In this document: in pieces, positions 25,901 through 40,253 of the stretch
Layout of the letters: every line of letters begins with the position of its first letter
Position numbering within the stretch: position 1 is the first letter of the stretch
NCBI GenBank assembly: GCA_964016885.1
Contig: OZ024757.1
Span: forward strand, 5,580,001-5,644,000
Direction of reading: 5' to 3'
DNA from: Eledone cirrhosa
Taxonomy: Eukaryota
Length of the DNA: 64,000 nucleotides
Notes under the pieces: model-generated
The model's database searches: none
What the model saw: the letters and a program-made list of their open reading frames with translations, nothing else
Told to the model about the DNA's origin: nothing
Translations under genes and position numbers: made by a program

Positions 25901-27110
25901 CTTGACTTTGCTAAGGCTTTTAATTCTGTGCCACATAAAAGACTTATGACAAAACTCTCTGCAATGGGTGTGAGGGATGATCTTTAGAACTGGTTGAAAT
26001 CCTTCATTCTCAGCCGAAAAGAGGTAGTCACGGTTCTAGGACAGCATTCTTCACCATATGAGATGTCATCTGGTGTACCACAGGGATCTGTTCTTGGTCC
26101 CCTTTTGTTTGTGGCATATATTAATGACATACATGCCAACTTAAAGAATGCCATGGTACTGAAATATGCAGATGACATCAAGCTGTACCTTGAAATCAAA
26201 AGGACTGATCCTGAAATCTACAACTCTTTCCTACAATCAGACCTGGACACAATGCAGCAATGGATCACAGACTGGCAACTGAAGCTGGCTGTGGACAAGT
26301 GTACCACCATGCACTTTGGGAGGAAAAATCCAGCGTCCACATACTCCCTCCACAACACTGATATCAAGAAGTCCTCTTGTGAACGTGACCTGGGCATTAC
26401 TGTCAGCAACGATTTACGTTGGACAAAGCATGTCTCTAAGATTGTCAAGAGGGCCGAGGGTGTCTTGGCATCACTCAGCAAGACCTTTGTTATCCGCTCT
26501 CCAGCCATCTATTTAAAACTGTATACAGCTATGGTATGACCACACTTGGAATTCGCATCATCAGTCTGGAACCCCTATCTTGCTCGGAACATTGACCTCC
26601 TGGAAACTGTTCAGAGACGTGCAACCAAGCGCATACCTTCCATCAGACACCTACCATACTCTGAACGCCTTGCTTCCCTGGGCATGGATTCATTGAAGCT
26701 CCGACGTTTGGCAATGGACTTGGTAAACACCCACAAAGGTATTAACCATCTTGCCAATTACAACCCTGAGCACCATTTTGATCTCCATGTGTCTAACACA
26801 CGTGGACATGCCTACAAAATCAGAAAACAGCACAGCTCCCATGACTTTCGTAAACATTTTTTCACGCTCAGAGTTGCTGAAGCATGGAACAAACTGCCAG
26901 CGTCAGTTGTTAGCTGCCGAGACACTGCATCCTTTAAGACACTCATGCTTCCCGAAATACGCCAAAACTACACTTGATGTACCTCTTCCATACACGTGCG
27001 TGTAGCATGACTCATGCACTGTTCATTTTCCTGATGTTTGTACATTACCCTATGTACTATACATACACTTTTGATGAGTTGTAGTGCACCTGAGCACTGT
27101 ACACAATATT

Positions 27111-27133
<23 letters not shown>
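22930..27133 (+). mobile_element. Near full-length CR1-clade LINE, inactivated
   Basis: ORF1 with Cys-rich fingers and Q/H tracts; ORF2 APE motifs (LNAR, TETW, RGGGV, YRPP, GDFN, TRGNNTLDL, SDH), RT motifs (YLDFAKAFNSVPH, GVPQGSVLGP, YADD), C-terminal TRGH..FF..RV..WN.LP; (ATT)n tail; several stops and frameshifts. Confidence 0.9.
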
Positions 27134-27142
<9 letters not shown>

Positions 27143-27589
27143 TAATATAAGAAACGATTACACACGAGAGAGTGTGTTTATAAACGTACAGGCAATATAT
27201 TTATATTTTAAATTATATTAGTGACTTTTAACGTATGACACTGGTCAAAAACCGGAAAGGGAAACATTGTCAACGACCTGCTATCTTAATTATAACTTTC
27301 ATTAATCTAATTATATTTTATATAGTAACGAAAACGTATCTAGCAACGAAAATAATGGGAGAGGGTGAGGGACAGACACTATATTCCAGTCTGAGCTGTG
27401 ATTCAGCCCCACCCTACAGACAAAGTGACAAAGGTGTTACCACAAAGAATAGCCAGAGACACCCACTGCAACATCCACCCCACCTCATGGGACTCCTTCC
27501 TCAAGTGGGCTGTGGTCTTTCTAATTTTGAGAAGGAAATCAGCAGTGTGGGGACAGAGAGGAAGTGGTTGGTTAGGCAGCACAGCAGAA

Positions 27590-28137
27590 ACTGAGAGGAA
27601 GAGTGCTACTGTTATACACCGTTTCCAGTCACAGGAAGGATCTATAGATGTGGTTGATAGCTTCTGCTATCTAGGTGACCTAATCAGCAGCAGAGGAGGG
27701 TGTGCCAAGAGTAGAGTGGCTTGAATAAGGATAGGATGGAAGTTTAGTGAACTACTACTGCTGATAACATAAGGTTTCTCCCTACACACAAAAGGAAGGG
27801 TATATAAAGCCTGTGTGAAGTGCACAATACTGCATGGTAGAGAAACATGGGCTGTGACTGCAGATGATGCGATTAGACTGGAGAAAAATGAAGCAACCAT
27901 GTTTTGTTGGATCTGCAACGTATATGTTAGAGAAATACAGAGCTTGGAGAAATCCTAGTGGAAGGAAGCTGCAGGAGAGGATGACCAAGAAAGTCAGGGG
28001 CAAATGTTGTGAGAGCTTAACTCAAATTGTGAATACTGGAAGAGGAGATGACGAAGGAACGCATCTAGTGGAGAGATGTCGTGCTAAGAAGGACCCGTCC
28101 AACCCATGCAAGCATGGAAAAATAGTGTAATGATGAT
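27590..28137 (+). mobile_element. Decayed RTE 3' fragment
   Basis: IDVVDSFCYLGD, LHGRETW-like motifs; ccaacccatgcaagcatggaaa tail. Confidence 0.7.
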
Positions 28138-28265
28138 ACACAAAATATACACTATATATATACATACGTATATAGTATGTGCTACATATACACAAAAATA
28201 TACACTATATATATACATATAAATAATATGTATATAGTGTACGTGCTACATATACACAAAATATA

Positions 28266-30608
28266 CATCATCATCAACGTTTAACGTCCATATTCCACGC
28301 TTGCATGGGTTTGGACGGGAGTTTTCCCACTTGAGGCAAGAGTGATTATCTTGCTCGCATAGGACTGCCTGGCAGGTTTTCTACAGGTGGATGCCCTTCC
28401 TAACACCAACCACATTTACAGTGTGGGGCTGGGAGGTTTTTACCGTGTTGCCTACACGGCCACATTACAGCGTGGACTGTGTGTTTTTTTTGTCGTGATA
28501 CCTACACGATCTCATTTGTTTCGGCCTGGATGTTGTGGCACCAACATAAATTTACATTGAAAGGGGCGGTGTGGATGGGGTGGGGGTGGGGGGACTGGGG
28601 TGTATTTTGTTAGAGATGCCTACTGACTGTAGTAGGTTTTACTTTGTATTTAGGTAAGGCGGGTCTTCTCTATTACTGAGTACCGCCAAAGATCTCGGTC
28701 CAGTGACATTGTCTTGGTGAGGTGTAAGTGTGTGAGGTCGGAATTTATCAGCTCGTCCCAGGTCTTTCTGGGTCTGCCTATTCCGTGGCTACCGTCTATC
28801 TTTATTGCCCTGCACTTTGTTATACAGCTATCGTCTTTCATGCGCATCACGTGACCATACCAACGTAGCCTTCTCTCGAGTAAACAACATCTGATCCCTC
28901 TTATTTCTAATTTTTTCCTTAGTTCGTTTATGCTTTGCCGTTCACGTATATTACTATTACACATCCAGCGGAGCATGCAAGCTTCGTTTCTCTCTAGTCT
29001 GCGTATATCCTCTGCACACAATGCCCAGGTCTCACTGCCATGTAACATTGCTGTTCGTATGCAGGCATCATAAACCTGCCCTTCATTTTTAGGGAGAACC
29101 CTTTAGCGGCTAATAGTGGTATAAGCTGTCTGAACTTTTTCCATCCAGTTCTGACTCTAGCTACTGTACTTTCAGAGCAACCCCCCCCCCCTCCCCACTG
29201 CTGATTTTGTCACCCAGGTAACGGAAGCTGTCCACTATTTCTATAGAACCCTCTGCGCAGTTGAAAGAGCTAGTATTTTGTGGGCACTTGCTGCTACTTA
29301 TGCACCCATACTTTGCATTTGGGACACAAAATGGAGTTTCTACCTACGCCTTTCCTACACACTGAGCACGGCCACTTCCCGGAAGGGACCGCCGCCTTAT
29401 TTTCTTTCTTACAAACTAGAATTTTAGTCTTAGCCAGGTTAATTTTAAGGCCTTTTGATTCTAGGCCGTGCTTCCATGTTTGGAATTTCTTCTCTAGCTC
29501 GGCCATTGATTCAGCTATGAGTGTTAGGTCATCTGCGTATAGGAGTTCCCATGGGCAACCGGTCTTGAACTCCTCTGTTATAGCCTGAAGGGCAATAATA
29601 AATAGTAGGGGGCTGAGAACAGAGCCCTGATGGACGCCAACTTTTACGCTAAACACTTCACTATATTCGTTGTTAATTCTAACCTTGTTGACTGTTTCTT
29701 TTAACATGGCTTGTATAGCTCTCACAAGCCATTCGTCAACACCTAGTTTTCTAAGAGCCCACCAGATAATGTAACGGGGGACTCTGTCGAAGGCTTTCTC
29801 CAACTCGACAAAAGCTAAGTATAGGGGTTTACTTTTAGCTAGGTACTTCTCCTGTAGTTGTCGTACAATGAAAAGAGCGTCTGTGGTACTTTTACCTGAC
29901 ACAAACCCGAACTGCATTTCATCTAGATCAATTCTCTCTCTGATTAGTTGCGCTATTACTTTTTCCGTGACCTTCATGACCTGGTCGATTAATTTAATGC
30001 CTCTATAGTTACTCCTATCTAGGGCATCTCCTTTACCCTTATAACAGTTAACGATGATGCTGCTACGCCAGTCCTTCGGAACAACCCCATTCTGTACGAC
30101 TTGGTTAACTATCCGGGTGACCATGGTGTGTCCCACCGTACCAGATGCCTTCAGCATCTCGGCAACTATTTCCGAAGGCCCAGCCGCCTTACCCGTCTTC
30201 ATATCTTTGATTGCTTTACTTATTATACTACCCTCGACTAACACTGCTGGTCCCTCTATTGGGTCGATGTGAGGGAGACTGTCTTTCTCCCATTTATTCT
30301 CATTTAGTAGCCTTTCATAGTGACACTTCCAAGCTACCTTCTTATCAGCGTCGGTGATGGCAAGTACGCCGTCATCATTAAGTACACACTTCTCCCCGAC
30401 AATATCACGGTTTTCCTTGACACATTGCCTCGCAATCCTGAACACCTCACGTTTTTGGTCCTCGCGTTGTCGGACATGCTTGAACTTTCTTTCCTCTGCT
30501 TCCCTTCTTGCAAAGTACACTTGTCTCCTAGCTTCCCTCCTGGCCATTTGATAGTCTTCTCTTCTTCCCCCATCCCGCCATACTTTCCAAGCCTGCTTTT
30601 TGGCCTGA
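28266..30608 (-). mobile_element. 5'-truncated RTE LINE
   Basis: 417-aa ORF with RT (NYRGIKL, LEKAFDRVP, GVHQGSVLSPLLF, LYADDL), partial Cys finger, C-terminal LHGSETW/RRLRWYGHV ORF, 3' UTR and (GAT)n tail. Confidence 0.92.
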
Positions 30609-32257
30609 ATTGATACATATAAATACTATGTATATAGTGTACATGCTACATATACACAAAATATACATTATATATATACATATAAATACTATGTATATAG
30701 TGTATGTGCTACATATACACAATATATACACTATATATTTACATTTAAATACTATGTATATAGAGTATGTGCTACATATACACAATATATACACTATACA
30801 TAAACATATAAATAATATGTACGGGCTACATATACACAATATATTCACTATATATAAATACTGCATATATAGAGTATATGCTACATATAGACAATATATA
30901 AACTATATATATATACGACATACACATTATATATAATGTTGTCCAAGGGAATAGCTGAAACAACTTGGCACCAATGACATCATAGATCATCATTTAATGT
31001 CTACTTTCCCTGCTAGCAAGGGTGGGACAGGTCTTTACAAACCAGGGTGCAGTGGTAGACCACATCTCTCTTACATATGGTCCCACATTCTACTGGGGCA
31101 CCAGTACTAAAGAGGTTGTTATGTCTTTGACACAACTGAAGGGTCCTACCAAACCCTTGTTTGGCAAGAGAATAAAGTTGTAAAGTATTTTCAAATGTGA
31201 ATTATTTCTAAAAAAAAGTCATAATTTCAACTGTCATGAAAGTACCATCAACAAATATTAAAGTTATAAAATTGTTTTTATTTACACATAAATGTGGATA
31301 TTTTGTCATAAATATAAATATAAACCAGTTAGTGTTTGTAAAATAACACATATAAACACATCAATCTTGTTTTGTTTTTCTTGCACTGATGGAGTCATAG
31401 GGGTGCCACTGTGGACATTTGAAGCTTGGTGGAGCCCTTCACTCACCAGGTTAGAACAGGTGATTTCTTCCAGAGAAGGAGAAAGAATGAGAGAGAGGAA
31501 GTGAGAAAGAAATATAGAGAGGAAGAACAGACCCCAGTGGTAGACTGGTACTTTTTGTTATCAACCTTGAATGGATGAAAGGCAAAGTTGACCTCAGCAG
31601 GATTTAAACTCAGAGCAGAGAACCAGAACAAATATGGCAGAAAGCATTCCATCCATTGTTTTATAGACTTTAAATAAATGTTTCTACTTTTAACTCAACC
31701 CCAGTGCATTACTGGTACTTTATTTTACTGAACCTGAGGAAGAAGAGTAAAGTTAACCTCAGCAGGTTTTTAATACAGAACGTAAAGGGATGTAACTATA
31801 TGACACAAAGCATATCGTCTGACACTCTACTGATTCTGCCAATCCACCACCATCACCAATAAAATAAGATTGTGTCTCTATAAGAAACCTTAATGACAAA
31901 TATGAAGTAGAACATTCTACAGGGTGTATTTGTGGATTACAATACAAAACCTGAGAATAATTTCCAACATATTTCACCATAATAAATGTTCATTAATATA
32001 TATTATTATTTCGTGGCATTCTTGAGATCATTAATCCCCAGCTGAACATCCCTAGACATTTGATCTATGTAGGTCATTTTCAGTCATCTCACTAGGGTCT
32101 TACTATGTTTAGGTATCCACCACAGGAGCCAGCTCATCAATTCATTGGTAGGAATGTCTGGCATATCTTGTCCTTCGCTCCCTAGATATTGTAGTAATCT
32201 TCAATATATGGCAGTATACTTCTTCCATTTGATAGAGTATATATATATATAGATGCA

Positions 32258-32698
32258 TATGAAGGATGACAGCTGCATTAAAAGGTGCAGAGCACTAAAT
32301 GTCGCTGGAAGCCTCGGAGTGGGGAGATCCAGGAAGACCCGGGATGAGGTGAAAAAGCTGACCTTGCCCAATTGCACCTCTCAAAAGCGATGACGCAGGA
32401 CGGTGCCCTCTGGCATCATGCAGTAATACAGAAGACCTGACTTCACACGGCTACAAGCCGAAGCTGAAGCATATAGACAAATATGTCCCCATCCCCACCC
32501 ACTGCAAAGTGGTCAACAAAAAAGCCCCCAGCCCCCAGAGTAAAGTGGCTGTGTAGGCACCATGGTAAAAAAAGCACCTAGCACACACAGTAAATGAGGT
32601 TTTGTGTTAAGAAGGACATCAAGCTGTAGAAATCAAGCCCAAATCAGTTCCCGTACGAGCAAGACGAGGTCACATGACGTAAAACGGTGATGATGATA
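32258..32698 (+). mobile_element. RTE 3' end fragment
   Basis: Aligns to 15725-16145 including the gacgtaaaacggtgatgatgat tail. Confidence 0.8.
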
Positions 32699-32789
32699 AG
32701 TATAAGATAAGGATTTTTCAAGCTTCACATTTTATATTCTTCCTTCCAGAGTGTGTCTGTTTGTGTTTCACATTTCACAGTGATGGGGT

Positions 32790-34389
<1,600 letters not shown>

Positions 34390-35333
34390 ATTTCTAGCTA
34401 GTGATCTTTACATAAAGGATTCTGACCACTTTTGCTGATACATTAAGATATGTAGGTATGGTTAATAGATGCCATGTATTCTAATATACAAAGGGTCCAT
34501 AAAAGACTGCAGAAGTCCACTTTCTTCTTCTACAAAGTTGTAATGTAGCATTTAGTTGGTACAAGTAATAAGACATATGTCAGCGTAAGACTGATCTTGG
34601 ATGAAGAAAAGGCAAGTGCTTATGTGTGTGTGTGTGATTATTGTGGAGTATTCCACTATTATTTTTGTTAAAGTGAGAGAAGCTCTCTTCACAATAAAAT
34701 CCTCAGCTCATAAAACAGACGAATAAGACTTCTATAGTTAAGGTTCTTGTTATTGGGGACAGTTCAGGTGACAAGAGAATTAATATCCATAATTTCAAAA
34801 GAAGGTTAATATATATACAGACATAGTGTGTACGTATGAAAGAGAGAAGTAGACGTGTGTGTGTGTAGAAATATGTGTGTAGTTGTTGTAATAAAACAAG
34901 ATATTTCACTTCAGATAGAAAAGTTCACAATGTTTGTGTTGTGGTGGAAAAGGAAATAATACGTACTTTAGTTGTCAAGACCAAATATAAAGTCAAGAAA
35001 AGTTAGTAAAAACTAAATGTTCACTGATTTCTGATTAAAATAATATTTTCCTATCCTGTAAAATGTTGAACAACCCCTTCAATATTTAATAATACAGGTG
35101 ATAAAACAACAACTATAAGGTAAATAAGACACCTTATGTTATTTACAAACATTAACGTCCACCTTAATATGAAATAATCACCATAAAAGATAAAATTAGA
35201 TGAGGTTTAAGTTGTAACAATGGAGCTGATATAAATGGTAATATTTCACCGTCCAGTTGACACCGGTGTCATGACTTTAAAGTCCCCCACATAATTTAAT
35301 ACATTCAGAAACAACTTCCGTTATATGAACTTG

Positions 35334-35591
35334 CAGAAAACCACCCGAAAGTAGCATGTGTAGTGTGTATATTGATATTATACGCAGGTATATATGATAC
35401 ATGTATATTATGATTTTATTTGATGTATCATATCTACATGTATATATATATGCCTGCGTATAATATCAATATACACACTACACATGCTACCTTCGGGTGG
35501 TTTTCTGATAGCATGTGTAGTGTGTATATTGATATTATACGCAAGTATATATATATACATGTAGATATGATACATCAAATAAAATCATAAT
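35334..35591. repeat. Three-armed inverted repeat (fold-back)
   Basis: 35334-~35405 is the reverse complement of ~35436-35507; 35509-35591 is the reverse complement of ~35407-35489. Confidence 0.85.
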
Positions 35592-36282
35592 TTACAATAT
35601 ATAATTGTTTCTACGTTAGGCACAAGTCCAGCAAATACTCAGTGTATTACTGGTACTTTATTTTATCGACCCCGTAAGGATGAAAGGCAAAGTTAACATC
35701 GGCGGGATTTTAACTCAGAATGGCAAGGGCCGTAACTCTATGCGTCAAAGCATGCCGTCCGACCCTCTACCAATACTGCCAATCCACCGCCTTGACAATA
35801 TATAATACACAGAAATTGAACGAAGACTGTGTTACATTGTCTTATGTAATCAGTAACGTAATCCATGTTACATTAAAAAAGACGATATTATATATAAACT
35901 GCATTAGGAGAAATTTAGTGACAGAAAATTAATAGTTTATTGAAGTGATGGCCAACCGGAAGTGTTGACATTTCAGAAATTTTAAAGAAGTGAATCTTTA
36001 AATAAACAAAATATATTTAATCAACAGCCACGAAATTTAGTAGATAAATTATGTAATATTCATTCATTATTTATTCAAAGAAATCCAACTTATTTTACTA
36101 ATGGGATAACAAATTATAAACCGTACGCAGTCCCGCCCTCGTCTTTTTATTATAGTTTAGATACAAACGTTCAAAAGATATGCTAGTACTTTATTCAGAT
36201 TTGAATAAATAACGTTATTAATTTTATATAACTGTTCATATTAAACCAAAACACATTATTAAAGGTAATAAAATATTTAAGT

Positions 36283-38393
36283 TGTAGCGGTTGTCTCCCT
36301 TGTTTTAATTGGGATCTAGACGGGAGGTGGAACCCTTTCTGCAACTTCCGGTCGGAGCCCTATAAAACTAACAACTTTGAGCTTCCTCTCTCTCTTTGCC
36401 TTTTCGGCACCAGGTCAAGAGTCTTCTCATTTGGCTCTGCCATTAATTTGGCCAACAGGCGCCTGGCTAGGCCAGGCGCCCTCTGCCAGCCGCGTTTGCC
36501 TGGCAATCAAAACGGTAACTACTAACTTTGTTTCATTCTAACATCTATCTTTGACATGTCAAGTATTCTATCTACCGTTAATTAAATATTATATACACAA
36601 ACATTGTCTCGTTTTGTTACCTTCATGCAACCAGTAATCTTCGCTATATTGGTGACCCCGACGTGATACGAACACGCAGCCGTTCATCGCTATAAGTGGT
36701 CACCCCCAAAAAAAAGAAAAAAATAGCACATCTGGTTTTGTGAGTAACATTACGAATACACGGCAAATTTAGCGACAAACTATGAAAATACTCAAGGACA
36801 CGCACACACGCACATGTGGAATTCGCACAGACATACTTTTTCTCTCACGCATCAATTAACTGTCGCATTTCACCAATATATATATATATGTTTCTCGTTT
36901 CTTACAACGAACACTTTCAAAACAAAAAAAACATTTCACGATATATATATATGTTTCTCGTTTCTTACAACGAACTCTTTCAAAACACACACAAAAAAAA
37001 AAAAAGAGGAATTTGATATTCTTTAAAAAACATTTCAACAGGAACATTTATTTTCGATGAACCATTGCCTTTTGTTCTTCGTTTTCTTCATCGTTCAAGT
37101 TGTTTTTTTTTTTTTTTTTTCCCAAAAGTTCACACCTATAATTATGCTGATTGAAGCCTTTCTTTTTCATCATTGTCACTTTCAAAATTGCACTATCATT
37201 TTCTCGCGCGTTAGAAATATTTTTTTTCAACCTTGTATTGGCACGTGTAGGCAGCATAAATTCTCGATTCACTGAGATGTCTCTTCTCACAGACAGCCGC
37301 ACGCCATTTATCACCAGGGATTCTTCAGCCTTAAGCTATATTCTTCTATTTGCCGGTTTATAAATTTACAATGTAAATTTACCGTTGATAACCGCGCATT
37401 TATTAAGAATGCTTATTTCTCTGGTCGCTGGCCTCTTGACCCTTCCAGGTCAACGCATTCTCAACATCGACCATCAACTTCGGCTGCTATTTCTAGCACT
37501 TTGCGCAACTCATTTTTTTCTAAAAAAAAATTTTTTTACTGTGAATTTAAACACCGAATACGCTCACTCAGCGAGACAACAGCAGCAGCAACAGCAATAT
37601 AACAGCAACAGCAATACATCAACACAGCTTCACCAAAGCCAGAGAATTTATTTTTGCAGCACTCTTCCTGTGAGAAAATCCATTCGGAGGTTGGAAATTT
37701 CACGATGTACCACAGAACAGAAACCACCTGCATTCATTCTCTGGAACACACTTTCTTTCCTGCTGTCATGTGATTGCACACCTGTGAACTATATTTTGAA
37801 CTTTGAGCTCTTCTGTTACTTTTACTTTATTACATTGTATCTTTGGGTGATGGATAGATGGATGTCCAGTCGTTCTCTGGCCAAGAGCGGTTGGCTACCT
37901 TGATATCTATCATTGATTTTTCCAAACATTCTTTTGTCGTAATTTTCATGCCTGTTACAAAATTCTCGCCAACTTGCTACATATTTTCATTTCGATTTTT
38001 ATACACTAAAATTCTGGCGGGAGGTTATGTAGCGGTTGTCTCCCTTGTTTTAATTGGGATCTAGACGGGAGGTGGAACCCTTTCTGCAACTTCCGGTCGG
38101 AGCCCTATAAAACTAACAACTTTGAGCTTCCTCTCTCTCTTTGCCTTTTCGGCACCAGGTCAAGAGTCTTCTCATTTGGCTCTGCCATTAATTTGGCCAA
38201 CAGGCGCCTGGCTAGGCCAGGCGCCCTCTGCCAGCCGCGTTTGCCTGGCAATCAAAACGGTAACTACTAACTTTGTTTCATTCTAACATCTATCTTTGAC
38301 ATGTCAAGTATTCTATCTACCGTTAATTAAATATTATATACACAAACATTGTCTCGTTTTGTTACCTTCATGCAACCAGTAATCTTCGCTATA
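36283..38393 (+). mobile_element. Non-autonomous LTR retrotransposon (TRIM/LARD-like), recent insertion
   Basis: Apparently identical 366-bp LTRs (36283-36648, 38028-38393), termini TGTAGCG...CGCTATA, AAGT 4-bp TSD, tRNA-Trp PBS at 36650, purine tract ggcgggagg before the 3' LTR, no gag/pol ORF. Confidence 0.95.
36650..36681 (+). promoter_or_regulatory. Extended primer-binding site complementary to the tRNA-Trp 3' end (incl. CCA)
   Basis: tggtgaccccgacgtgatAcgaacacgcagcc vs the expected complement tggtgaccccgacgtgatTcgaacacgcagcc. Confidence 0.88.
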
Positions 38394-39375
38394 AAGTAAT
38401 GGAAAAAAAAACGAATCAAACAACGAAAATATTTGTTTCTACTTTGGTCACAAGGCCAGCAATTATCTCAGTGTATTACTGGTACTTTATTTTATCGATC
38501 TCGTAAGGATGAAAGGCAAAGTTAACCGTAGCGGAATTTGAACTCAGGTCATAAAGGGAGGTAACTCTATGCTACAAAGCATGGAGTCCGACGCTCTACC
38601 GATACTGCCAATCCAACGAAAATAATGGGAGAGGGACAGACTTTATATTTCAGTCGAGCTGTGATTCAGCCCCACCCTACAGACAAAATGACAAAAGTGT
38701 TACCACAGAGAATAGCCAGAGACACCCACAGCAACATCCACTCCACCTCATGGGACTACTTCCTCAAGGGGGCTGCTGTGTTTCTAATTTTGAGAAGGAA
38801 ATCAGCAGTGTGGGGACAAAGAAGAAGTGGTGAGTCAGGCCCCGGTATTTAACTATCTCCCTCTTCTCTCTATTGCTGGTAGTAAAGCCTGGGTTTGTGG
38901 CTGCAGGGAAAATGTTGGAGGCAGAGAATGATCCAACCCATGCTAAACCTCCAACTAAAGCTGATACTTGTCTTTTTCAGCTGTGGAGATTAGAGACATG
39001 TGGAATGATGTGTCTTGTTTAAGGACACAATGTACCTCCCTAACTGACAATTGAAAACATGATATTACCATATGTTGTATGACTTCACTATACAATATAT
39101 ATGTGTTTGTATACATATATATCGTATATATTTGTGTGTATACATTGTCTCATTCCATGAGAGTAACTTGGTCAGTCTATGAACTCCTCATCTGACCCTT
39201 GTATATACATGTTTGTCAGTGTGTGTGTACATATGTATATAGAATATTGTCACAACTACTATATACACTATATATAATATTGTCCAATATATATAGACTA
39301 TATGTCATGTTGTCCAAGGGAAAGGCTGATATAGATCAGCACCAGTGACATTACAACTATTATATACACTATATA

Positions 39376-40053
39376 TCATCATCATCATTATCATTTAACG
39401 TCTGTCTTCCACGCTAGTATGGGTTAGACGGGAATTGTCCTACTTGAGGCAAGATTGATCGGGTGACCATGTCTCGCTCGTATAGGACTGTATCTGGCAG
39501 GTTTTCTACAGTTGGATGCCCTTCCTAACACCAACCACATTTCCAGTGTGGACTGGGAGCCTTTTCGTGATGACACCTACACGACCTCTTTAGTTTGGAC
39601 TGGATGTTGTGGCACCAACATAACTTTACAGAGACAGGGTTGTTTTGGTGGGAGTGGGAGGATAGAGTAGGGGTTGTGGGTTGGGTGTATATTTGGTTAG
39701 GAGGGGCCTACTGACTGTAGGTTAACTTTGCACGTAGGGAAGGCAGGTCTTCTCTGTTACTGTGTGGTGCCATAAATCTCGATCCAGTGACATTGTCTAA
39801 GAGAGGTGTAAGTGTGCAAGGTTGGATTTTATGTCATCCCAGGTTTTTCTGGGTCTACCTACTCCGTAACTTCCATCAATTTTGATCACCCTGCACTTTT
39901 TTATAAAGCTGTCATCTTTCATGTGCATCACATGACCATACCAATGTAATCTTCTCTAAAGTAAACAGCATCTGATCCCTCTTATTCCTAATTTCTCACT
40001 TAGTTCGTTTATGTTTTGCCGTTCATGTATATTACAATTACACGTCCAACGGA
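39376..40053 (-). mobile_element. RTE 3' end running into the assembly gap
   Basis: RWTCNCNIHERQNINEL..GIRGIRCC motif; 3' UTR and (GAT)n tail matching 28266-28980. Confidence 0.85.
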
Positions 40054-40253
40054 NNNNNNNNNNNNNNNNNNNNNNNNNNNNNNNNNNNNNNNNNNNNNNN
40101 NNNNNNNNNNNNNNNNNNNNNNNNNNNNNNNNNNNNNNNNNNNNNNNNNNNNNNNNNNNNNNNNNNNNNNNNNNNNNNNNNNNNNNNNNNNNNNNNNNNN
40201 NNNNNNNNNNNNNNNNNNNNNNNNNNNNNNNNNNNNNNNNNNNNNNNNNNNNN
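40054..40253. other. Assembly gap (run of N)
   Basis: Ns in the sequence. Confidence 0.99.

Noticed and set aside
36650-36681. tRNA-Trp gene on the minus strand
   Set aside because: Only the 3' 32 nt, includes the post-transcriptional CCA and abuts an LTR; it is a PBS, not a gene
37048-37903. ORFs inside the LTR element as captured gene or gag remnant
   Set aside because: Low-complexity, interrupted by homopolymers, no recognisable motif
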